A stretch of DNA of 64,000 bases from Rhizophagus irregularis. Its lineage: Eukaryota. The translations under genes were made by a program, and so were the position numbers. Where the stretch lies: the NCBI RefSeq assembly GCF_026210795.1, contig NC_089432.1, positions 4,278,001-4,342,000 on the forward strand, given 5' to 3'. Under the pieces are notes generated by a model. It saw nothing but the letters and a program-made list of their open reading frames with translations, did no database searches and was not told where the DNA came from. Positions 52,359 to 64,000 of the stretch are shown piece after piece; the stretch's first letter is position 1; the number at the start of each line of letters is the position of its first letter.

Positions 52359-55300
52359 ATGGAAGGAAGTTCAAGTCAGGTAAATTATTATTTTAAACAA
52401 TATTAAAATTTAATTAATTGCATATCAATAAAACTAACTTTATATAATAATAGAGTGGAAATTCTTCTACTAATACTACTTCTGGTAGCTTAGAAAATAA
52501 TGACCCTGTTTCATATAAAACGATTTTGCATAAAAATATTCTCAATAATCATATCCTTCTCAAATTAGAAGAGGATGGTTTCACTACGCCAGATGACAAA
52601 GTGGAAGAACTTTTAAAAAATCTAACTAAACCAAGTTATTTGTATGCACTTAAATTACTTTTTGAAAATTTACAAAATGAATTTTCATCTCAATCATTAA
52701 TAAATTCGTTAGAAGCTCTAATTGATTCCACATCTTTTAATTATTATTCCAAAGAAAGCATGGCTAGACTAGAATTACATTTAAGGACTTGGGTGACAGT
52801 CTTAGAAAGAATTTGTTTTTCACCAATAGTACTTAGTAAAGTACTTCGAGATAAAGTTTATAATTCTTTAGCAAATTTTGCAGAAATTCACCGTAAAACA
52901 ACTCAAGTTATCGAAATAGGACTTGATAAAAATTTTAGACCAAATTTCAATCAATTCAATCAACAAAACAATAATCAAGATGAACAAATTATTAAAAAAC
53001 GTAATTATAATATTGATTTTTTATTAATCCATTTGCGAGATACTCTTCATAGTCTACGTGATGATGAAACTTGGTTTCAAGAAATTATACGAAGGACTAA
53101 AGATTTTCTTAAAGCTGCATTAAATATTACACCAGGAATTTTATCAATAACAGGAGTTTCTCTTCCAAATGATAATTGTTCAATCTTATCATTGCTTAAT
53201 CAAGTACGTCAGAGTTTAAGTTTTAAATATCCAGTAGCATCTTATTATGTAGATTGGAGAATTATGTTAATAATTCAACATAATCTTTTCATTTGGTCTG
53301 AAAGTGAAAAGATTATAAGTAAAAAATTTGGAGAATTAGTATTAATGGAATATATTTGGAGCTTTTTGGAAAGAGAATGGGTTAATGCTGTGGACAAATC
53401 TATTTTAGATTCTCAAACAAAATTTGATGAAGTATCAAATAAAGTCACTAAAGCTTTGAAAACCCTATAAAAAAAAATTTCTTTAAAATGTACTTAAAAT
53501 ATACTTATATATTTTTAAAATATATCTAAAATATACTTAACATTTTAAAATATACTTAAAATATACTTAAAATTGCAATTTTAAGTATATTTAAAGTGTA
53601 AAATTTTGTACTTAAATTATACTTAAATTATATTTAAATTGCAATTAAGTATATTTTAAATATAATTTAAGTATAAAATTTCATACTCTAAATATACTTA
53701 AAATTGCAATTTTAAGTATATTTTAAGTACATTTAAAAATTTTAAGTACATTTTAGATATATTTTAAAATATATAAGTACATTTTAAGTATATTTTAAAG
53801 AATTTTTTTTTTCATAGGGAAAATACTGGAGGCTTTTTAAATGAACTTGCTGGAAATGAACCTATAGCACTACCACATAGTTTGTGGTTTGGAATATTAG
53901 ATCTTGCACAAAATCTTATCCAAAGATCATCTCGAATAGCAACATATGGTCTTTGTTATTATTTAGCAATTGAATCACTTAATAAAGCACCAAGCAGTTT
54001 TATTCAATTTAAATCTATTGAATTATTATTAAATTTATATAATATTGATAATAAAATGTTTTCAATGATTGAAATTGATTTTGATCAATACACGCAAAAA
54101 TCAAGTGAAAATAATTTGGAAGATTCTTTAGAAAAATTTCAAAATTTATTAACTTTTGTTAAAGAGAAATATCTTGAAGATTTAAAAATTCTAAGTAATA
54201 ATGCTGGAAAAGGAAAAGAGGGAAAAGGAATAAACTTAAATCAAAATTCATATTTAAAGAAAGAACAAATATCAAATTCTAACATTTTAGATGTTATAGC
54301 AGATGAAATTACTTGTCCAATTAATGTGAACCAACGGATCAATTATGTATTTTAAAATGCCAACATATATTAGCATTAAGCAATTTAAAAAAATTGAAGC
54401 AAAAAATATGTCCTAATTGTCGAGAAAAAATTGAAGATAATGATATTAGATATTTACCACAAAATTCAATTTATAAAAATTTATATACGAAATTTTTTGA
54501 ATCTGGACATATTTTACCTTCAATTGAATTAGAAAATTCTGATCAATTATATGACAGTGATGAATCAGATAATTCGGAAGTTGAACTCATATTAACTAAA
54601 AAAAAGAAATTTATGAATTCAATTATTAAGTTAAATTCAAAAATATCATCCCCAATACTTTCAAGAATCACAAAAAAACAACATCCAACATACCAAAATA
54701 TTATAAAAGAAATAAATGAAAAAAATTATGAAAAAGCTGAATCTTTATGCAAAGAATTTATAAATTTTTTTCCTAAAAGTTATTCTTTAAGATGTATTTT
54801 AGCGTATGTTTATAGATGTCTTAACAATTACGAACAAGCACACTTATTTTTAAATGAGGCTATTGATTTAAATCCCAAAAGACCAGTTGCTTATTTTATT
54901 TGTGGAGAAATATTTTTTAGACAAAATGATTATGATGAAGTAATATATAATTTAAAAAAGTCAATAAATTATAAAGCAAAAATAAATAACTCATATATAT
55001 TACTCGGAAATAGTTACTTATTACGTAATTTTCTTGGTGATTATGCAATAGCTATAGGAAATTATAATATTGCATTAAAAAATGATCCAAATAATTATTT
55101 ATGCCTTAAAAATTGTGCATACGCTTATGAAAAAGAAGGAGATTATTTAAGTACATTAAATTTATTAGATAAATTATTAAATATCAATAAGGAGGATTCT
55201 TTGATTTTATGTTATTATGGAGAAATTTTATATAATATGACACAATATAGAAAAGCTATATCATACTTTACAAAAGCTTATACTATAGATCCAGAAAACA

Positions 55301-56727
55301 TTCATAACTTGAATAGGAGAGCTATTACATACTATATTATTAAGGAATATGATAAAGTATTATCAGATCTTGATAAAATTATACAATTAGATCCATTAAA
55401 TAGTTTAGCATATTATCTTAAATGTTTAACGTATTATACAAAGAATGATAATAACAATGCTAAAGTATCATTTAAAAAGTATGCAGAATTATTGAATTCT
55501 GATAATATTTTAGCAAAGATTCAGTTATTACATCTAGAATACTTACTAAATAAAAATAGTTCTAAAGATTTAAACGATATATTAAAAAAAAATCGATCAA
55601 ATTTTTGATTTTAAAGATTATAATCTTTTTGATGGAGATAAATTATATAAATTACTATATTTTATTAGGTACAAAATTTATATTGAATTAAAAGAGTATA
55701 GTAAAGCAAGACTAGCTTTAAATGATACATCGTACTATGAATTTGAATCTATTAGTTATTTTATACAAGATCATCCAGATTTTTGGTCATATTTATATGA
55801 AGATTGTGAAATTAACAAAAACGATTTTACCGAATTTGGAATTGTCGATGAATTTAGTAAATTTATGTATAAAGGTAAGAAAATATTTAAATTATTTATT
55901 ATTTTCTATTAGTTAAGTTAATGATAATTAATATCTTAAACTCATTAGAAAAACGAGTATATTTTATTTCAAATCTTACAAATTTGAATAGTGAACTTTG
56001 TCAATTTCAAGAAAGTGATATAAGCAGGTAAGGTTTACTCATAATAATACTTTAAGTCAAATTGTCTTAAATACAAATAATCATAATTATAAAATTAAAG
56101 TTTATCAAGGCTGGTAATGTCTTCTAAAAATGAAAATCTTCATTTGGTTTTGCCTAAACTAAAAAATATGTATGATTATAATTATCTCATTTGTAAAATG
56201 AATGTTAAAAAAATATTATCCAAGGATTGCTTTATAAAATTTATATTCAATGACGTAAGTTAATTAATTAAAATCTCTATTGTTTTGTTTAATTTTAAAT
56301 TAATATTAACTTAATCATAGAATTATCAAAAAGATCATATGTTAAAACATAAAGATGTATCAAAACTTGAGGGGTTAGGTTGGATAGAATATCAGACTTC
56401 AATAATTGGCCTACCTTATGATGCTCAACTTTCAATTGAAATAAATTCTATTGAAATGGTTTGTTCCTATTTACTTATTCAGATTAATTTCCTTTTTAGA
56501 ACAAAATATAATAATATTTTTTATTCACATAGCAAATAGAATATATTCGATTAGAAGATATTCCATACACAATAACTCACATTACCAACATAAATTTAAT
56601 GGGTTATTTGTTTCCAGTTTATCGTAAATTTTTCTCAAATGTTCCAGAAACTTTCAAAGACAAGTATTTTTCAAGAAAAGAAATGGAAAATTTGCTTGAT
56701 TTAAAAGATATCCTTGACAGCTTATAA
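52359..56727 (+). pseudogene. Large helical plus RING/U-box-like plus TPR protein, disrupted
   Basis: Start exon MEGSSSQ. The RING motif TCPI..LCILKCQH..CPNCRE has a 1-bp frameshift near 54325. TPRs (AIDLNP, AYTIDPEN, IIQLDPLN). MITE inserted at 53463-53819 and another frameshift near 55590. Confidence 0.8.
53463..53819. mobile_element. Foldback MITE, 357 bp, inserted in a coding exon
   Basis: Termini CCCTAT(A/G)AAAAAAA..CTTTAAAAT in inverted orientation. The body is TACTTAAAA / TTTTAAGTA repeats forming a near-complete palindrome. It is flanked by AAAA on both sides, and removal restores the frame (LKNTGGFLNE). Confidence 0.9.
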
Positions 56728-59700
56728 TTATTTACTTTTCTTAATATTACCATTTTTGTTTTATTCAAAATACTTTGAAAATTTTCTAAAATAGAACCAT
56801 TTTACCTGTAAAAGAAATCTTTCGTTTCAGAAATTTTTTTATTGAAAAAATTAATTGATACATATTGGAAATTTACTATTTACTCCTGGAATAATATACA
56901 AAAAAATTTGTATGGTGTAGAATACTTCATAAAATATTAGTAACTTCACTTTATAGCAAATGATATAATATTATGTAAAATGTTTTTTCAAACAAGAAAT
57001 GAATATCCCCTTTGTGACAGATTTGTTATTGTCACGAACAAGGGAAAAAGAAGGAACAACGAAAATAACCCTTTGTAACACATTTCTCCAATTATTTTCG
57101 CAAACAAGGAAGGAGGAACAATAATAATAACCCTTTGTAACAGAATATCGTCGCACAACTTTCCTGTCTATCATTAGCCGCAGTACCGCAGTAATGACAA
57201 ACTACCATTAATACGAGGCCCATCAAAGATGGAACTGCCATGCCTTTTAATTTCCAGAAGCCGTTTGGCTCAGCCTGGTTGACTAAACTATTAAAGTGGA
57301 ATCCTAAAGGTAAGGTAAGAAAAATAAAAATAAATTTATCCTATTAACTATTACTTGTTTTTCTTTCGCCAAAAGTGCCACACGTAAATGTTGCCAGGTA
57401 TGGAGGCGCCAGGTGTGTATAGGGATTACCACTTTATTATTAGTTTTATAAAAGGCCAAAGGAGTATGATGCTGCTACTTTGATAATATCAAGCACAATA
57501 TCAAGCGACGCGACGATCGCGACGTTTCTCAAAAGTGTGATCAATGATCAGCAAATTTCCAACACGTGACATTTAACCATACGTCAAATATCCCTTATGA
57601 CAGATCAGTTTGAATCTTCGCTAGCGAATTTGAGATGAAAACCTGAGAATCGTTATATCGAGAGCTGAAATTTTATTCTGATCAGACATTTCGAATCCTA
57701 CGTTGTTGGGTGTTATGGAGGTTATATTTTCCATTTGGATGACTTTATTTCAAGCGGTTGCTGATTCTATAATGTTTTTATTCGGTAATCATATAATGTT
57801 ATCTCACAAATTAATGCAATGAAGTGTTTTTAAAATAGTCGTAAGAAATAAAATCCAAGGCGAAAGATTTTGATCTTGATTTTTATTCATTTTACTACGA
57901 TTTCTATTATTAATTCTTTCTTTTCCTTTTCTCTCTTCCTCTGAAAGGAGAAGGTTTAAATGTTTTATGGATTTCCAAATTAATATATATAATAAATATA
58001 TGTAGTAGTTCGTACATTTTAATGCCAAACGTAAATATTGATTTCTATAAAAAGAAACTATTGTAAGTTTTTTGTAACTAACTATTCATACTGAGTTAAA
58101 ACTTCTCTAAATAAAGCAAACGGTGTAACTAAATATCTAGATTATCATAAACACCAAATAATTATCCGCAGTGACGATAGTTTAGCTTAACGATTAGTTT
58201 TTGAGTGATTTCCATTTTAAGATGCTGATCCCCCATCTTTGGTATTGATTTGCTGATTATATAAATACATTTCGAATCAAGCTTTTCTATTTTAGTACGA
58301 TCGGCAACTAACAATTCTTTTAGTGTTTTAATAATGATCTACAAGGGTTTTTAAAAAAGGATGTTAATGATGAATGGGATTCAATTTGCACAAATAATAA
58401 AAAGATTGAAGTTAATTTGAAAGATGGTATAATTGGAATTAAGCTATTTAATGATAGTGATATCATTATATTAACAAAAGTTGGTCTTCTTATTTATCAT
58501 TTTAATGAGAATAAAAATCCATTTAAGTGATAATCATTTCCGAAACTGCGATAACAGGAGTTGATGCCTCGAAAAATAATTAGCCGCAAAATGATCTGGA
58601 CCCGGCTCATGCGTAGATCGTCGTGGAATTCCAGGGGATTTTCTGCGATTAAACCGGATCCGGATGATCGGCAATCAGGAATTCGGCTCCGTTTTTCGGC
58701 TAACTACACCATTATTAATATAATATATAAAATAAATATAATAAATGTACCTCCTTAGAACTTTGTGTAAAAATATGGAGACATAGTCACCAATTGATAA
58801 AATAAAAAGGTCATTGTTCACAACACTAACTGATACTTTTTATTTAGGATATTAAAAGTTGCAATCGAGAAATGAAGGTGTGTGATCGATGATTTTTAAT
58901 CGATCAATAAATTTAAGCCACTATCAATATAATTAAACATACCACGAATTGCGTTTACAGAGGGTGCATTTAAAGAGTCAACAATCGAATTCGATATGTT
59001 TCTTAAGAAATACTTTACTCTTGATACAGTGTAGGACCAAACCAAATTACCTGCTCAATTCCAGAAAGGGAATAAATTATTGTGAATCAAAATGTTCGAT
59101 CATATACTGTAATTGTTAGTAAAATAAAACTATATCCTTCATATCCTTCTCACACAATAAATATAATTGTCATTTTTTTTGACAAATTTACATAACAAAT
59201 ATTATAATATAATTTTCGTTTCTTTTGACTTGTAATTTAGATAAACGCTATATAATGTATTACAAAGAGAATTATTTATAAGCATATTTACCTTCCAAAA
59301 AACTTTCTTAAATACTCATAAACATTTTGACTTTCTAAAATTTCAAAATATAATGAATGTCATTGGATATTTAGAGTATGGGAAAAAAAAAGATTAAAAA
59401 AAAAGACTTTATTTATTTGTTAAAAACATTTCTTTCTCTTTACAAAAATTATTATTATACATACGAATTTAAATTATTTTTATTAGCAAGACTGATTATT
59501 ACTTTGGTACTAAAAAATTTTTCAAATTACAATTCTCACATTTACAATTTCTCGTTTACATATACCAACTGGATAAAAATTCTTGAATTTTGTTAGAAAG
59601 GTTTATTTTGTAAAGTAACTCAACAAACTTTATTTATTTGCGTACATAAGTTTTTAACGTTAAAAACGCACCAAAAGAAATAGCAGTTTAGCAGGATTCT

Positions 59701-61460
59701 TGGCAAGTAAGGAAGGAGAGGATTTATTGCAGTAAATTTACAAAAAAAAAAGTTTTATTGAATTAGTTGTGATCATATGATATCGAAGAATACTATGGTA
59801 AATTAGATTCGAAACATGGAAAATTTTTGGGAAAAGTAATACATTATATGTAAGAAAAAGATTTTATTAAGTCAATTTTTCTCATATAAATTTTAAAGAT
59901 TTATAAGATCGAAATATAATAATATTTGATAAAAAATATCAAAAATCGAGACATTCGCAAAATTATGTTAGAAAAAAAATTTAACCTCGTTAAAAAATAG
60001 GTGTTGGAAATGTTTAGGATATTTTACAAAACTGATAAAGAAACATTTAAGTATAGATTTTCAATACATGGTTTTTTCCGAAAAAATACCAATCAAATTA
60101 GATCATACATTAACGACTTTGAAAAATAAAATTAAAGAAAAAAAATTCGCTCCACTTCTCTTATTTTCAGTCATTATTCATCATTAACAAGGGTGGGTAA
60201 GGCTTTATTTCATTTAGTCGACATCTAATTATTTGTTAGTATTAAAAGGTGAGTTCAAGACCAACCTTTTAATGTCTGACAAAATAAACTTGTTTATTTA
60301 TAAATTTCATTCTACGAAATGAGAAAAGTTTTTTTTAACTGACTTTGAACAAAATATTTATAAATTTATTTTCACCACATATTTGTTTGATCCACCAATT
60401 TGTGTTGGTTTTATTTACTTTCCATTGACAGGCGAAAATAATGATGTAAGTAATTTCAATACATATAGTATGACACTCCTCCTCTATATACAGGTTGTGT
60501 ATTTCCTAAAAAATAAATTTGATTTATGCAATTTCATATATTTTAATTACATACTTACTTATATGAGTTAATTTTACGAGTTAATTTTACAATAATAATC
60601 TACTATTCGAATTACAGAAGCGATTTTTGATAAAATATTTACTTCCTTTTTATTCTTTATTATCTTTATTAGGAATTGGCGCTAAACTTTGATCAAACTT
60701 AGATGGAGTTAATTTATTTATCTAGTTAAATTTATTTACCAGGTGCTACATTACGTAATGAGGCTAGTGGCTTAGACATGAATATCTTACCACATTAGGA
60801 ATTACGTTCTTGATTGTTTCTGATCTGTCTGATCTTTGCCTCAAACGCGTAACGCGTAAAATAATATTCTCTGAAATGTATGACTCAATAATTATACAAG
60901 ATGAGTAGAAAAAAAAAGTATATATACCCTATATTTTTTCCTTTTGTCTCAATTTTTTTGTCTTTTCTTTATCCTCTTTATTCTTAAGCCCCTTTTCTTT
61001 ACGTCTTCCTTTAGGTATGTGTAAGTTTGTATATGGTTTGTGTGTGGGTGGTCTCTTTCCCTTTATCTTTCTCTTTCACTTTTACCTTTCCCTTTTGCTT
61101 TGTTTTCCCTTTCCCTTTCCCTTTTGTTTTTCCCTTTCCCCTTTCCCTTTCTCGTAATTTAATTCATTTTTCGTATGTTTAACGTACTTTTAACAATATA
61201 TATATATAATCTATTGTAAAATTATTAAATACCAAATGTTATATAATAGAACAGCATTGAAGGGTTGCTAATAATATAGTTATAACATCAGTACATACAA
61301 AAGGATTAGATATATACCAAATTCGTCATACCTATTCCCGTTGATCCTACTGTAACTAAAAACGCGTCTAATAAAGACAAGAATCTTTTATTGGTCCCTT
61401 TCTTAATTCGTAATCCGCAACAAAAGTAGAGAAAATTATGTAAGTTTACGGTAGTGACAG

Positions 61461-61540
61461 TAGTGACAACGCGTACTCAGTAGTGACAACGCGTACTCAG
61501 TAGTGACAACGCGTACTCAGTAGTGATGATGCGTACTCAC
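61461..61540. repeat. 20-bp x4 tandem repeat in an LTR-like segment
   Basis: TAGTGACAACGCGTACTCAG three times plus one variant. Confidence 0.9.
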
Positions 61541-62077
61541 GTAGCAATTATAATTTAATATATATAGACCAACTCTTGCTCGCAATTTCTCTTTGCTTTG
61601 AGTGCGTTTGCGTTTTTTACTCTCTTACTCTTCACTCTTCACGACTACGACTAGGCAAGTATAAAAAATTTTGTTAACCTCTTTTTTTGTTTAGATTGCT
61701 TATAAGGTCTATCAGATCCGGAGGAGGGTTTGATTATGTTTCTTCTTTGTAGCAATGTGAATATAATATCTATGGGATAAGTGTTCACCACGAGTACTCT
61801 TACGTATGGATTCTTGTTACCATAGTATTCATGCATAATTTCTCACCACGATGTGCTTCTCTTGTGCATTGGTTCTCACTACTACATCTACTACGAGTTC
61901 TTTTGTGCATGAGTTCTCATTACCACGAGTTTTTATGCATGTGTATTTCAAGTTTTCTTACAACATGAGCAGTACTCACCACGAGTGCTAATCTTTGTAT
62001 GGCATTATATTCATCTGAATTTTTATCATACTTGCTTATATTATCATCTAATCACTTGATTTATTTTATAGTTTATT

Positions 62078-62960
62078 ATGGAAAAACATATAATTGATTA
62101 TCTTAGAACAAGTGAATATCGAAGTTGGGGTGTCCTAAGTGTTTTACAATATTTGTCTGTTAATATTAAATACACGAATGACAATATCAAAGAAAATTTC
62201 TCGGATATTACAACAACAATTAGATGTAACATTACAGGATCCCAATATCTTCAAGTTAGCGTGAGATAAAGCAAAAAAAATTTCAGAAAATTTAGCATTA
62301 GATATAAATAAACCGGAAGTTCAAGATTTTCTAAGCGTAATGGTGGCTAGTTATAAGCTTACTTTTAATGTTTACTACTAAAATTTATTAAACTAACTAT
62401 ACTAATAACTGCCAATAGGAACAAGAGGAAGAAGAAATACCAGCCCAAGACGTTCAACCTTCTCAAGACAAACCAGAACTTTCACAAGAACTTTCACCAC
62501 TACCATATACGTTATATGAAAACGATATGCAGTTTGTATTATTTATTTCTGTTGTAAAGGATTTGCATTCAATTTTATATATATTTATGTATTTTTACTT
62601 TATTTTACAGTTATACAATCATTATTTATACTCCTAGTATAATTTCAAAGAATTAATTAACAATCGGAGTAGAAAATAAATTACTAGTAATAGAAGGAAG
62701 TTCTTACATAAATGATGAAAGTAGCAAATATGGGAAAATAATAAAAAATTCATGGCCCCTAGGACTCAACTTAAAGATACTACTTCCGACTAAGTAAGTT
62801 GTGATAAAAATTGGAAGTATTTTATTAATATTTAATATATACTAATTTGCTTGTTTTTTGAGCAGAGTCGATCTAACAGATAAAGTTGTAGTTAACATTG
62901 AACAAAAAGGGGTAACAAAACTGGTAATTAAAAAGTCGCGAGTAATGCTAACAATAGCAT
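62078..62960 (+). pseudogene. Hypothetical multi-exon gene, frameshifted
   Basis: MEKHIIDYLRTSEY.. ORF followed by exon-like blocks with GT-AG boundaries. No domain recognised. Confidence 0.35.
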
Positions 62961-64000
62961 AATTTAAATTTTTTTTTGCGGTACCTCGAGCAACAAACCA
63001 GTAAAAAAGATTTGGGTTTGATATGATTAAACATTTAGCAAAAAGACATTATGAATATAATTATTAAAAAATGAATTAAGAATAATATTATGTTACAAAT
63101 CTACATTTCTTTTTGAAGCAAGAAGTTCTTTTCCTTATGTTTGACTAAGCTTATATAGAATATTTGGATTAGTTAATTGTAATTAAATATTATTTTGTGT
63201 GGAGATATTTTTACTATGTACAAGATATCTTATAGGTTACTTGGATATAGTTTTGTAACTTACATGCACAGTTCTTCATAGTATTATTATATTTTACATA
63301 ATATAGTGCTCAAATAATTAATAAATTGATATCACTTTTAATTTTTAATGAAATATGTTTAGATTGTATTTTATTTATTTATTTGTATGTTATTATTATT
63401 TATTTACAGCGCATAGCCGTAAACTATCATTTTCACAAATCATTTTTTGACTAAAAAATGTGTATTGATTTTTTAATAAGGATATAAAATATCGATTTTT
63501 GGAAACTGATCCGATCTTGTGGATACGATAAACACTTCTCTTTAATAATAATTTTATTTTACCAAAACTCGTTCTTGCTGAGGGTAATTACTTGACAAAA
63601 TTCACAGCAGAAGAATTAAATGGATTCTGGGGAGGATATTTGGGTCAACCTCTCAAAGATCATACTCACATCATCATAGAATACCTTATTTGGTTTTGAA
63701 GCAAGAATTAACAGGAGTATTGGCACGTATAGAATTATGGGATCGAGGTAAAAGTTCGTCTAGGGTCTAGAAGTGTCTAATAATTATATATATTCGTACT
63801 ATACTTTGTTTTACACTCTAAACTATAAATTATCCTGTTACTATCACAAGAATGCGACGAAAAGCGGTGGAGTTAATTGTCTATTATTGACATATTGTTA
63901 TTAAAAAAAAATCCTAGAAAATTTTTTTATACCAAACTATTACTAAAAAAAATCTAATTAAATTTTTTATAAATCTCACTAAACACAATCTATTGTTATA

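Noticed and set aside
61439..61962. Solo LTR (TGTAAG..CTTACA)
   Set aside because: The flanks AATTA and ACATG do not form a TSD, so it is not called as a feature.
63575..63700. Possible CRN N-terminal remnant (QPLKDHTHIIIE)
   Set aside because: Only one short motif, too little to support.

Overview
Strongly AT-rich eukaryotic DNA with short spliceosomal introns (GT..CTAAY..AG). The gene content is typical of an arbuscular mycorrhizal fungus (Glomeromycotina, Rhizophagus-like); this assignment is an inference. The window is an accessory, TE-rich region. It holds several tyrosine-kinase-like (TKL) kinase genes, two of them with Sel1-repeat C-termini, plus a Crinkler-type NTPase/nuclease pseudogene, a RING-TPR pseudogene broken by a foldback MITE, a decayed MET17 copy and F-box/LRR remnants. 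It also has a three-level nest of DNA transposons at 6019-17156 (hAT MITE > hAT > Plavaka/CMC element) and several MITEs. The standout is the kinase at 2651-5611. Its 5' end is a tandem array of near-identical 72-109 nt introns separated by sixteen 3-nt micro-exons and one 1-nt exon. The micro-exons are in phase 1, so each codon is built from two neighbouring exons. Including all of them gives a stop, while skipping any one keeps the frame. This is a candidate combinatorial splicing system that diversifies a kinase N-terminus. All splicing is predicted from sequence alone.
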